A stretch of 63,121 nt of DNA, the filler included, from Octopus bimaculoides (lineage: Eukaryota), in NCBI RefSeq assembly GCF_001194135.2. It is 8 parts of 8 records of this genome, joined end to end, with 100 filler letters (N's around TTAATTAATTAA, not from the genome) between each part and the next. Parts side by side here need not be neighbours in the genome. Positions count along the whole stretch, not along the records: positions 17,592 to 42,340 come from NC_068985.1; 7 more parts are not named here. One strand, 5' to 3'. Shown here one piece after another: positions 25,491-38,149 of the stretch (the first letter of the stretch is position 1; every line of letters starts with the position of its first letter). Under the pieces are notes generated by a model. That model was not told the DNA's origin, did no database searches, and worked only from the letters and a program-made list of their open reading frames with translations. The translations under genes and the position numbers were made by a program.

Positions 25491-25717
25491 TTGACGTCCG
25501 CTTTCCATGCTGGCATGGGTTGGATGGTTTGACCGAGGACTGGCAAGCCAGGAGGCTGCACCAGGTTCCAATCTGATCTGGCAAAGTTTCTACAGCTGGA
25601 TGCCATTCCTAATGCCAGCCAGCCACTCTGAGAATGTAGTAGTTACTTTTTATGTGCAATTGGCACAGAAGCCAGTCAGACAGTACTGGCATCAATTACA
25701 CTCGAATGGTGCTTTTT
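25443..25717 (-). mobile_element. Family C element, 3' part
   Basis: (ATC)n followed by ctttccatgctggcatgggttgg..tacagctggatgcc. Confidence 0.8.
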
Positions 25718-26386
25718 NNNNNNNNNNNNNNNNNNNNNNNNNNNNNNNNNNNNNNNNNNNNNNNNNNNNNNNNNNNNNNNNNNNNNNNNNNNNNNNNNNN
25801 NNNNNNNNNNNNNNNNNNNNNNNNNNNNNNNNNNNNNNNNNNNNNNNNNNNNNNNNNNNNNNNNNNNNNNNNNNNNNNNNNNNNNNNNNNNNNNNNNNNN
25901 NNNNNNNNNNNNNNNNNNNNNNNNNNNNNNNNNNNNNNNNNNNNNNNNNNNNNNNNNNNNNNNNNNNNNNNNNNNNNNNNNNNNNNNNNNNNNNNNNNNN
26001 NNNNNNNNNNNNNNNNNNNNNNNNNNNNNNNNNNNNNNNNNNNNNNNNNNNNNNNNNNNNNNNNNNNNNNNNNNNNNNNNNNNNNNNNNNNNNNNNNNNN
26101 NNNNNNNNNNNNNNNNNNNNNNNNNNNNNNNNNNNNNNNNNNNNNNNNNNNNNNNNNNNNNNNNNNNNNNNNNNNNNNNNNNNNNNNNNNNNNNNNNNNN
26201 NNNNNNNNNNNNNNNNNNNNNNNNNNNNNNNNNNNNNNNNNNNNNNNNNNNNNNNNNNNNNNNNNNNNNNNNNNNNNNNNNNNNNNNNNNNNNNNNNNNN
26301 NNNNNNNNNNNNNNNNNNNNNNNNNNNNNNNNNNNNNNNNNNNNNNNNNNNNNNNNNNNNNNNNNNNNNNNNNNNNNNNNNNNNNN

Positions 26387-26424
<38 letters not shown>

Positions 26425-26433
<9 letters not shown>

Positions 26434-26605
26434 AGTTTTCATACAGTTTCTGTCTACTAAGTTCATCCACAAGGCATTTGTCAGCTTAAGGCCCCTATCC
26501 AAAGTGCTACAACTTGGGTAGTCACTACCCAAGGTGGGACTGAACCTGAAACAATGCGGTTGCAAAGCAACGTTCTTAACTCGTCACACAGTTATGCTTG
26601 CACCT
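26425..26605 (-). mobile_element. SINE family A, 5' half (diverged)
   Basis: Reverse-strand match next to (TA)n and a gap. Confidence 0.6.
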
Positions 26606-28111
26606 ATCTCTAAATTAGAAGCAATTATACAATGTAGTGTTGCATACCCTTAAAAAAAGAAGTAGGACATCGCTGAAATGCATTTAATCATGGGTCTGCT
26701 TGATCAGGGTTGACATAGGGTTAAACACCAATAGATAATTACAAGGCAATTACAAGGAAGCCTCTGGGTATTTACTCAATCTGCTTGAAATAGCAGCTAA
26801 AACTCTCTCAAATTACACCATATCTTTAAGGGAAGGACACATTGGACAATGTAATACTAGGTGTATTATATCAAAAAAAGATAGGATGGCTATTGTGACC
26901 CTGATCAAAAGCTTAAGTTGTTCTCAACAACATCAACGCGTGCAACAGCAACTATGCAAGTATAAAAATCAATTCCATTGATGACAAAGATGATGTGGGT
27001 GAAATAAGAAATCAATATTTTATTTCCAGCAAATATAATTCATTTGATTTTCCTATTAGGAAATATCCAACAGTCATTGATTAGTTTCTATTGATTTCAC
27101 TGGGAAAGTGTTTCTCTGGACCCTTGGGAGGATTTGAAATTAATACTGAAAGTTAATACATATAATATGTATGATATACTACACTAAATGTATGGTGAAG
27201 GAAGGTTTACCCAGCATAGACCCAACAGAAAGATGAACCATTCAGGTAGACAGCAGTATGGCAGATAAAGTAAATAAAGATATGAAAGCAAAAAGAAGCC
27301 TCTGGTTCATCAGGTATTACTGCCAAGATGGTTAGAATATATGTATGATATACTACAGTAATATACGTTTGATATTCTATAGCTAGAATAGAAGCTAGTT
27401 GACTGGTGTACTCAGCTTGGGAAGAAGTAGAATTTGAGGGGTTTACCAATGTTCTATGGCTTGAAGATCAGAGGAATGAAGTGCCCTGGATTGCAAAGCA
27501 GTGTATCTGAGAGAACTGAGACATTGTTGGCAAGAAGCATTCCTAGATTGATAATGCTTCACCTGGATCTAGTGATCCTGAAAAGAAAGAGGCAAGGTAA
27601 TGCTAATATGAAAGGCTATTAGATATGAAGAATGCATTGAAGAAAGCAGGTTTTCCAAGCATTTGCCCAACAGCAGTAGCAGTATGATAGGTGAAGCAAA
27701 TAAACATATGAAAGCAGAAAAGCCCCTTGTCCATCAGGAATTACTGCCAAGAAGCTCAGAGTATCTCATGGAGAAGGATATGGGTTAGTCACTTACATAG
27801 TCAATCAGGTTGTATAGGAAAAGGTCATCCCTAATGACTAGAATACCAGCATTATAGTCAATTGTAACAAGTGCAAAGGAGATGTCTGAACGAGAGGTAA
27901 TAAATGAGTTATAAAATTGCTGAACCAGGTGAAGAAAGACACAGAAAGTGTTATAGCTCTAATGATTAGGAAAAAAGTTAGCCTTGATGAGTTGTTCAGT
28001 TCTGTGAATGGAAGAAGAAACTACTGATATCATCTTCCAAGTGAGACAACTGCAGAAGTACTTACATTATTTACATTTGACGGATATTTGTCCTCATCTT
28101 GTTTGTTGTTA

Positions 28112-28155
28112 ACACAATGTTTCAGCTGATATACCCTCCAGCCTTCATCAGGTGT
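28112..28155 (-). ncRNA. Minimal type-I hammerhead ribozyme motif (inverted twin of 28367-28410)
   Basis: Reverse complement is identical to the plus-strand copy. Confidence 0.7.
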
Positions 28156-28366
28156 CTTGGGCAAATTTCGAACCTGGGTTCTCATTCTTAAGGTTTTTTT
28201 TTTTTGATGTTGTTATTATTATTATTATTATTATTCAGGTCGCTGCCTGGAATTGAACTCAGAATCTTGGAGTTAGTAGTCAGCTCTCTTAACCACTATG
28301 CCATATGCCAGAAAAAAAAAAGAAGAAACCTTAGGAATGAGAACCCAGGTTTGAAATTTTCCCAAG

Positions 28367-28410
28367 ACACCTGATGAAGGCTGGAGGGTATATCAGCTGA
28401 AACATTGTGT
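28367..28410 (+). ncRNA. Minimal type-I hammerhead ribozyme motif (decayed stem III)
   Basis: acac CUGAUGA aggctg-gagggtatat-cagct GAAACAUU gtgt. Stem I is acac/gtgt; the expected ACGU palindrome reads ACAU. Confidence 0.7.
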
Positions 28411-31079
28411 TAACAACAAACAAGATGAGGACAAATATGTCAAATGTAAATAATGTAAATAATGTACATAATTCCTCATCTCTTAAATACAGAACTGCAG
28501 AAGTACTTAGCTAAAAGTAAGCCATGATACATTTCTCATCTTGGATAAAGTGTTCAACAAGATCCTTCTATCTGTAATCTGGTGGCCACCAAGGAAGCTA
28601 AAAGGAAACAAATGGCTTGTGAGAGCCATACAAGTCATGTACAGAAGTGATGTTGGTAATATAAGAGTTAGTAACAGCTATGGTGATGAATTCAGTGAGC
28701 AAATAAGAGTCAACCAGGAGTCAGTACTCAATCTTGCTTTGTTTATCATAGTCTTCTAGGCCATAACAGAGAAATCTAAAGAGATTTCTATAAGCTGATG
28801 ATATCTTCTTCATGGCTCAATATTTAGTAGGGTAGAGAAGAAATTCCAGATGTGGAAGAAAAAACCTGAAATTAAAGGGCCTCAAAATTAACTTAGCAAA
28901 GATTGTTGTACTTTTTTTTTTCTCACCCTTTTAAAGCCTAGCCAGGCTCATGGGTCCCGGTTTCCCAGTTTCTATGGCGTATGTGTCCCCACCCCCTCAG
29001 CTGGATGGGAAATTGCATCAAATCTGAAATATTGGAGCAAAATTCTGGATCTTGCAAAATTGTCCAACACATGCCAGCATGTAAAGTGGATGACAAATAA
29101 ATGTGGATGTTTTAGTTAACAGAAAAGAAGACAAGACTATTGTTACATAGGGAGTGGCCATACTTCATACAACTAAGGCTAGCTAGGAATATCATATTGT
29201 GTACCCAATGTAAAATATGTTTGCATCAGAAATGCAGTGGAATTACAAGCAGACTGACAAGGAAGGCCTTCATATGTAGTAGAAGTGCAAAGGTAATCTG
29301 GAGTAAGAGCACCCATAAAAATAATACTTTCAAATGTTCAAAGGCTCTCTAGAAGTAGATGACACCTTCTATTAACTAGATGACAAATAGCAGAGGAGCA
29401 TACTCTGAATGCAAGCTTAAATGCTAGAGTACGAATGCAGTGAAAAAGAAGTCAAAAAATTATTAGCTCTATTGGCAACAAAAGAATTCTTTCTCTGAGC
29501 AAAGAGCAGATGATATGATGCTTGTGTATGAAGTGTGATATTGCATGGGGGTGAAATATGTACATTAAAAGCATATGGAGGATATGCAACGGCTGGTAAA
29601 AAATGGAATGTGCATGTTTAATGTTAGTGTATTTGAATGATAGGATACAAATGAACTGAGAAAAAAACTGGGTATACACAGAATCAGCTATAGTTTACTT
29701 GAGAGAAGTCTTCACTAGTACAGGCATGTGATACATATAGAGGATGACAGTTAATAGAAGTGTTTAGTGTTTAGGTGGAATGAAATGCATGGTAAAAATG
29801 ATGAAAGCTAATCTTAGACGATTTTACTTCACAAACATAATGACAAAGGACCTCAACAAGAGACAGAAAATTCTATATTGAATAGGACCCACTGGAAAGT
29901 GTAGTAGTCAGAGTAAGAAAGGGTTTCAGAAAATTCCATGAGCTACTGCCTCTGCTTGCAACAATGGCCTTTTCTCTCAGAATGAATGGTAAATCAAGTG
30001 ATTCTTGTATTATAACCACTATGCTGTATAGTAGTGAGATTCATAACTTGAATGCAGAAGACTTACAAAGGTTAGAGAGAAATGAGGCAAGCATGCTCTG
30101 TTGGATATGTATTGTTAGTGCACATGAATGCCAGATTACAAATGAGTTGAGAAAAAAACTGGTTATAATAGGAATCAGGTGTTGTGTACAAGAGAGAGGG
30201 CTATGATGACCTGGGCATGTGATGTGTCTGGCAGATAACTTGTACAAGGAAGCATCAAACTTTCCAGAATAGTCGATCTTGTGGAAAAGGAAGACCAAGG
30301 AAGATTTGAGACAGAGTGGTGAAGGCTAACCTGAAGAAGCTTCATTTCATGGAGGAGATGACAAAGGACGTATAAAGACTGATGATATGTGGTACTGCAG
30401 AAGACATGTCCACCTATAGCAACAAATACTCTAATTCAAAGGTAATTTTAGAGGCTGAAAATTTTGCACCTTGCCAGGCCTACATTTACAGCTCCCTCAC
30501 CTTACATCTTTTGACCCCCATACCCATCTACTTATTACTCAAGCCCCACTATGCCCATCTCATTATCAGTCACAACTTTTCTTCTCTCATCTTTCGTCTC
30601 CCCACCGTCTGTTCGCTTACCCTTCAGCAAACCCATATATAGGAGCCTGCATTAGGCCACATGCTTTGCCGCCATCCATCCAGCACCCTCTATCCTCTGA
30701 ACCACTTATTACCCCTCACTTATCCCACCTTTATTTCAAATCCAACCTCTACCTTTGCCTATTATTTCCCTTCTCCTTGTCCATTCTGGTTTTTTTAATC
30801 CATCGTTCCTTCTTTTCTCACACTCCTGTTCTCCTCCTCAGTCATCCAGGCAAATGAACATACTTTAATTTACAGAGCATTCTGTATGCCTACGATTTAT
30901 TCTCCTATCCTCCTCCTTCAAATAACCACATTCTCTTTCCAAATCTATGTTTATTGTGTCCACCCCACCTTCTTTTCACGGTGTTAAATGATTGGTTAAA
31001 TGAGTAGAGAAAGTGTAGGATTACAAGACCCTTATAGCTCTTTTTTGCCAAGGACTATTGAACTGCTCAAGTGTAAGTG

Positions 31080-31292
31080 CCATAGGAAAATGCACCCAGT
31101 ATGCTCTGTAAAGTGGCTGGCATTAGGAAGGACATCCAGCTGTAGAAACAAAGTAAAATTATACACATAAGCACTTAATCTTTGGAAGCAGTAGCTCTTA
31201 AAGTGAGGCAACTCAGAACTGTGATGATTTGTCTAACACACACCAGCATGGAAGTGGATGCAGAAATGATGATGATGATGATGATGATGATG
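31080..31292 (+). mobile_element. Family C element (diverged, interrupted)
   Basis: gcattaggaaggacatccagctgtagaaac..ccagcatggaagtggatg..(GAT)n. Confidence 0.6.
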
Positions 31293-32299
31293 ACAACAAA
31301 AGCATGCATATACATGTGAAAGGCTGTTGATCACATAAAATATGAATATTAATTCAACTTTCAATCTCATCCAAGCCATGCAAGTATGATAAAAAAAAGG
31401 ACATAAAAATGATGATGACGAGGATGATGATGATGATGATGATAATGATGACGACAATGACAATTATGACAATGATGACATTCATCAATTATACATCTCC
31501 AGACACTTTTTAAGCAATGAACCAAAACCACTTCCTCTAGTGTCTATTTGCAGTTAATCACTCAAGCAGCAGGAATTAAATTGATTTATCAAGGTTTCAG
31601 TACCATACTGTGAACTTTTTCTACCAGCTAGGAGTAGGGGACCCTTCACATGTATTCAAATCTGAAAACTTCCAGCTGACAAGGGTCTCTAAAAAAAAAC
31701 AAAAAAACCCTGTATATAAAATAAACTTATAAGCTTTTGTATCAAAGTAATAACTTAATTAGTATAAGTTGCATTATTCATATGAATTCTTACAATTAAA
31801 AATCATTGTTTTGTTTAGTTAGATGTGTTCCCATAGGATCTTATGCCCTTGATGCTAAAAAGATATCCCATTCCTGCTTTAGACAGTAAAGTTTGTACTA
31901 ACACCTTTTTTTTTTATTGTTTAGTGACATCTCACTAAGGCAGTACCTATGATCTTTTATGGGGCCTCTAAGAATGTTGAGGGGAAGGAAGGAAGGTATC
32001 TTCAAATCAGGGACCTGAACTAAGTGCTTGTAACTGATGAGACGCCACTAAAGACAGCAATGGGTGATGGATTAGGGTTTACCACCAAAGTAGGCCACAG
32101 AGGGATTTGAACCCAGAACACAAAGCTATGAAACAAATACTGCCAGGCATCTGGTCTGATGTTCTTATAGTTCCATAAACCCATCCTGCAGGATTGATCC
32201 TTTGTTGTTACCTCCCTGATGTAAATATTTAATGGAATGAAAGGTAGTGAGTTGGCAGAATGGCTAGCATGCCATCTCTAACACCAGTCCTCGGAATAC

Positions 32300-32795
32300 C
32301 TAAACTCTCACACTGTACCCCAAATTAGCCAACACAGTAACAACAACAAACTGGATATTGTTAGGAAAACAACCCTGTCAGACAACCTTAAGAGGAATTC
32401 TTTCCATGCGATACTAGAGTCAGTCCTTTTATATGAAATAACATCCTTGATGCATACCAAAAAACTGGAATCCAATCTAGATACAACTTACACCTGAATG
32501 TTAAGAGCAAGTTTAAACATATATTGGAAAACTCATTTAACCAAGAAATAGATGTATGGAGAACTTGTGACTGTTTCCACTATAACGAGGGAAAAGCACT
32601 TGGGCATTGCAGGACATTGATGGTGAGCTAAACAAGAGCTGGCTGTACTTGAGTAGGTCATCTGAACACAACATATATAGATCAACTCACCAGAGACACT
32701 AAATGCTCCCTAGAGACCTCCCTCAACTAATGCAAATGGAGATGGATAGCGTGCATGGGTTAAAAATGTCCAAGCAAGCTTGACCAGATGATGAT
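32300..32795 (+). mobile_element. 3' fragment of a second RTE-type LINE
   Basis: Remnant ILESV..KKLESNLDTTYT*MLRASLNIYWKTHL..TYIDQLTRDT, ending in a (GAT)n tail. Confidence 0.7.
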
Positions 32796-34713
32796 GCTAT
32801 GTTTGTCTTTGGCTGGTTTATGTCCCCAGGACTAAGTAAATTAGTCTGCACATCATTAGATATGTGAACTCAGAGAGTTGCTCAATGGTTTATTGTGTTC
32901 ATTTAATTTTGTGTAAAATGCTGAATATTAGCAATTGATGGAAATTTTTGAAAAGAAATTTGTTGTTGTTAAACTCCAAGTTAATCCTAATTGAGCAGAT
33001 ATATTTTGAAAGAGATTCCAGCCATGTCCACCCCATTTTTTGTATATCAGAATCACATTCTTGAATATGTCCTTCCTGTTTCAAGATTCTAGGTGTTATC
33101 TGAGAAAGATTTGACTGTTATGTTTGGAAGATAGTTGACCACATAGATGCTTTGATGATGAGGTGACAAAGCTATTTCTTGATATGATATGGAAACGTGA
33201 TGAAGTGACAAGAAGCAGAAAAGTAACAAAGTAGAATAATTATGGCTAAATGCAGGGCCGGATAAGAGGATCCATAACTACTTTGAAGAGGTACTTTATA
33301 AAGTACTGTTATAGCTTATAAATCAAATACAATTGTATCAAGCTAATCTATGGTTGAGGACATGACTGCATGGCTAAAAAATTCTTTCTACAACTACATG
33401 ACCTCCAGTTGATCAAAGCCTCCAAAGTGTAATTTTGTAAATGAAATTTCATGGAAAGCAATAAGTGGATATTTCTTCATTTTGGGGGAGTAGACTTACC
33501 CCTTAGTTTGTATTAAACTGCCATCCAGTTTAATACAAGCACCTGATTCTTTGTTGCCTTTAGTGGAATCCACTCTGTTGTAAACATTCATATCAAGATT
33601 CTGGTCTGTGAATAACTTCTTCTCTTGACACCTTATTGAGAGATCCTGAAGAGGGTCATGGATTTTTTTCTCAACTCTGATTCAGCTATAACAAAATCTA
33701 GAGTCTAGCATAGAAGCATACTGTCAATTTAGGCTGTAGTATAGTGATTTAGTGCCAGTCTTGAGTATAATATAATAATGAGTCAATAAGTTTTCATTAT
33801 AAGATGATAAAAATCGTTAAAATTGAATTTTGGATTTTAACTTCAAATTCCTATTCAGCAACATGTAATATTTTTTTAATATTTGAAATAATCTGGCAAA
33901 GTGATTAAACCCCAGATTAATTCAGTGGTTACCATTGTGCTTGTATAGGTTGTATGACAGGGGTGCAGCATGTGTTAAATTAGATTTAAGCAAGAGATAC
34001 CACTGTTACTTCATATCCACCCTCATCTTATGAATACCGTAAATCTATTCAGTACTGAAGCCTTGCTTAGCACTGTGTTGACTGAATCACATGTCATGAA
34101 AAAATTAAATAATTAAGAAATTGTTTATTCAGAAGACTAAGTGGTGGGAGCCATCGGATTACTATTTAGTCATTACTGATCCCAGACCCATAGAGGTAGT
34201 ACCTATGAAAGGCCCCAGTTATAGGGAAAAAAGTAAAAGATGGTCCTGTGATTTTAAAGCAGATAGGACTTGGTGGAAAGCTGATCTCTAAACATGTGTC
34301 ACACAAGATCACAGGTATGTAGATATGTCCTGATGTTACATGACCCAGTCCCCACTATTCAAGAGATATATACGCTCTGTGCTTCAGGAGTAAGCTTGGG
34401 AGGGCAGGAAACTAGCAAAGTAAACTGTAACTAAAGCGATTAAAGATAAAATTGTGTCTGATGGGAAATACTATATAAAAGCCATCAACTACTCAATGAC
34501 CCACAAATACATTAAATTTGAGAACTTTCTAGAGAGAGTCCAAGGCCCATGGCCTATAGAAACCACCTCAGAGGCCTGTTTGCAGGCTATAGAGTATCTG
34601 TTGTCAATTCCTATATTAGACATTTTGTCTTATGTAGGGGTTGACAACAATATAATACCTTTATGAATTGTTTATGCTCTCACTCAATAGGGGAAAGGGC
34701 AGCCTATCACAGA

Positions 34714-34861
34714 TGCTAGCATAACTAGGCAGGGGTAGGGGCGGTCCGCCCCGGGTGGCACTTTTCATTCTGTTGTCGGTTATTGCTGTAGGCAATATGT
34801 GTTTTTTGCAGGGTTCAGGAGTGGCAAATGGAAGGTGGTGCACCCTCTAGCTACACTAGTG
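34714..34861 (-). mobile_element. hAT-type MITE
   Basis: Degenerate TIRs tgctagcataactag and ctagctacactagtg; 8-bp TSD atcacaga (34706-34713) and atcataga (34862-34869). Confidence 0.7.
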
Positions 34862-35455
34862 ATCATAGATAATTCTTTCAGAAAATCCTGGCTTTTGTCT
34901 TTGATATTTAGGGCAGTTGGTTATATGTACAATTCAGTACATTTTTTATGTAAACAACTAAACATTTGCTGCGGTTATGGATGACAGATCTATAATCATT
35001 CATCTACATCAGTTCAGTCAGCATATTCATTTGATATTGGGAAAACCTTGATAGTTAGTATCTTTTCATCTAAGTAAGGCGAGGCATGCATTTTGTTCAA
35101 GGACATGCCACAAGCTTTGGAAAAATATTTGAAATTCATTCTATTTAGTTACAGCCACTGGGGATGTTCAACACGCCATTGTTATTATGTACGGGAAAGA
35201 ATGGTTTCTACTTGATTGCTTCTGCGAATTACTGTTGCTAGTTGATTGCTTGTTGATGTCATCATTAATACATTGTACGCACATGCATGTACATGCAGGC
35301 ACATACACATTCCTACTCTTATGTTTAAACATAAATATGAACATGCATACATACGTCCATCTATTTGTTTCTTTACCCATCCATCCACCCATCTATGCAT
35401 ACATGCATACATACATACATAATACATACATACATTCATGAATACATGCATATGC

Positions 35456-35487
<32 letters not shown>

Positions 35488-35543
35488 GGACACACATAAA
35501 CATATGCTTGCAAATGTGTGTGTGTTTGTGTGTAGGTGGATAT

Positions 35544-35598
<55 letters not shown>

Positions 35599-36319
35599 GA
35601 NNNNNNNNNNAGAGTGAGGAAGGGAGGAAAATAGAGGAAGGAAGGGGGGGGGGGAGAAACAATGAAAAAACAAGGAGAAAGAGAGACGATGAAAGAGAAA
35701 GAGAGAGAGAAAGAGGGACAATGAGAAAGCAAGAAAGAAAGACAATGAAAAAGAAAGACACTGAAAAAGAAAGAGACAAGAAGGGAGAGAGAGAGAGAGA
35801 GAGAGATAGAGAGAATGTGTGAATATATGTGTGTGCATGAATGCATATGCGTTGTGTACATGAGTGATTATGTGTATATTCTAATAACTAACTTAGTATT
35901 GTTTCAGGACAACTAAAAGTTTTTTCCTTAACATATTTATATCTGTGGACTAAACTCTCTGCTAATGACAAGTCGTCAACCAACAATCACACCACCTTAC
36001 CTTCTCACTGTTTGTGTTTTCAGTAGCTTTGATGGTAGTGGTACTCTATGAAGCATATTAATTTTGTTATATTTCTTTCTGGATCTTTTATGGAGTAGAA
36101 TCAAGTGGGTTCTTTAACCTTTTTCCAGTCTCGAAATTAATAAACAATAACAACAATAACAACAATAGTAATTATAATGTTTTCTGTAGTTTTTATCAAA
36201 TACATTTGCCTAAGACTCCAAGGAACGGTGCAAGGATGAAATACAATCAAGCAAAAAGGCAAAAATTAATGAAATGAGTTTTTAGCAATAGAAATCACAA
36301 TCAAAATCAAATTTGCTGA

Positions 36320-36814
36320 CGTGGCCAATGACAGAACCACCTGACTGGTACCTGTGCCAGTGGAACGTTAAGAGCCCCATCTGAGCATGATTGTTGCCAG
36401 GGTTGCTGACTGGCTCCCGTGCCAGTGGCACATAAAAAGCACCATTCGGGCATGATCATTACCAGCGTCGCCTTACTGGCACTTGTGCTGGTGGTACGTG
36501 AAAAACAACATTCGAGCGAGGTCGTTGCCAGTACCACTGGACTGGCTCCTGTGCAGGTGGCACATAAAAAACACCATTTGAGCATGGCCGTCACAAGTAC
36601 CACCTGACTAGCCCTCGTGCTGGTGGCACATAAAAGCACCTACTACACTCTCAGAGTGGTTAGCGTTAGGAAGGGCATCCAGCTGTAGAAACTCTGCCAG
36701 ATCAGATTGGAGCCTAGTGCAGCCATCTGGCTCGCCAGTCCTCTGTCAAACCGTCTAACCCATGCCAGCATGGAAAGTAGACATTAAACGATGATGATGA
36801 TGATGATGATGATG
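36320..36814 (+). mobile_element. Family C short retroelement (RTE-type (GAT)n tail) with internal 66-bp tandem array
   Basis: Array units start at 36343, 36408, 36474, 36540 and 36606, followed by gagtggtt.gcgttaggaagggcatccagctgtagaaactc..aacccatgc.agcatggaaag and (GAT)n. Confidence 0.85.
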
Positions 36815-36934
36815 AATACTAGTGAGGGTAATTACCGAGTATCTTTCACTTTTTACTTGTGTCAGTCATTTGGCTGCGACCATCCTGGGGCATCACCTTG
36901 AAGGGTTTTAGGTGAACAAATTGAGGATGAAGGT

Positions 36935-37122
36935 TGTGGTGGTGGTGTTTTTGGTGGTGGTTTAGGAGGTGTTTGGTTGTGGAGGTAGTGGTGATGATGG
37001 AGGTAGTGGTGATGATGATGATGGTAGTGGTGGTGGTGATGGTGGTGATGGCGGTGGTGGTAGTGGTGATGGTGTGGTGATGATAGTAATAATGATGATG
37101 ATGGTGGTGGAGGTGGTGTTAG

Positions 37123-37159
<37 letters not shown>

Positions 37160-37612
37160 AGTGATGATGATGATGATGATGATGATATTGATGGTAGTGG
37201 CAATGGCAGTAGTAGTGGTAGCAGTAGCAGCAGCAGCAGTAGCAGCAGCTGTGTTGATGTCATCCATAGTTGGAGTGGTAATGGTGGTAATGATGATGAC
37301 AACAATGACGACGATGACGACGATGATGATGATGACGACGACGATGACAACGACGATGATGATGACGATGATGATGACGACGACGATGATGATGACGACG
37401 ACGATGATGATGACGACGACGATGATGATGGTGATGATGATGATGGTGATGATGATAATGATGATAATGACGATGACGACGACAATAATGATGATGATGA
37501 TGATGATGATGATGACGACGACAACGAGGATGATGATGATGTGATGATGATAATGATGATGGTGATGATGGTGATGATGATGATGATAGTGATGATGGTT
37601 GATGACAATGAC
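36935..37612. repeat. Compound trinucleotide tract (GGT/GAT/GAC/AGC)n
   Basis: Directly visible; it generates the poly-S, M, I and H pseudo-ORFs. Confidence 0.95.
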
Positions 37613-37789
37613 AGCAATAAGTAAACCTTTATTTTGTGTATTTTTTTTGTTTGAAGGCTGAAGAGAAATGGGACGAGCATAAGATAATGGATGCTTAACG
37701 TCTTGCTTACCTGAGCACAGACACATTAAAGCTTTGATGTCTGGCAATTGACCTTGGACACACCTATGTCTAACACAGGTGGACATTTT

Positions 37790-37980
37790 TTTTTACCTGT
37801 TTCAGTCATTTGACTGCAGCCATGCTGGAGCACCGCCTTAAAGGGATTTTTTTTGTCAAAGGAATCGACCCCAGGACTCTTTGTCCAAACTGCTAAGTTA
37901 TGGGGATGTAAACACACCAACACTGGTTGTCAGGCAGTGTTGGTGGGGACAAACACAGACACAAAGACGCACACACATAA

Positions 37981-37985
<5 letters not shown>
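37790..37985 (-). mobile_element. SINE family A, 3' half
   Basis: Reverse-strand match ending at (TA)n and a gap. Confidence 0.75.
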
Positions 37986-38011
<26 letters not shown>

Positions 38012-38149
38012 TATNNNNNNNNNNNNNNNNNNNNNNNNNNNNNNNNNNNNNNNNNNNNNNNNNNNNNNNNNNNNNNNNNNNNNNNNNNNNNNNNNNNNNN
38101 NNNNNNNNNNNNNNNNNNNNNNNNNNNNNNNNNNNNNNNNNNNNNNNNT

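Larger units (their letters stand above)
28062..28492. mobile_element. tRNA-headed SINE with Penelope-like HHR tail and inverted duplicated arm
   Basis: Inverted arms 28062-28193 and 28329-28458. tRNA-like head on the minus strand at 28309-28238 (A box TGGCATAGTGG, B box GAGTTCAATTCC). 17-bp TSD aactgcagaagtactta at 28048-28064 and 28493-28509. Confidence 0.85.
27205..30420 (+). mobile_element. Decayed, fragmented RTE-clade LINE (reverse transcriptase region), interrupted by later insertions
   Basis: Broken frames give RT motifs: SGITAK, VIWWPPRKL..KWLVRAIQVMY..VNQESVLNLALFIIV, a YADD remnant (tataagctgatgat at about 28791), and MLYSSE..AEDLQRLERNEASML. Many stops and frameshifts. Partial duplicate segments at about 27205-27345 and 29570-29830. 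Confidence 0.88.

Noticed and set aside
28238-28309. Possible functional tRNA genes (also 17095-17165, 50482-50555)
   Set aside because: A and B boxes are present but acceptor and anticodon stems are broken, and each continues into repeat sequence; treated as SINE heads.
36343-36650. CRISPR-like periodicity
   Set aside because: Units are homologous over their whole length with no unique spacers, no cas genes, and the context is a eukaryotic retroelement.
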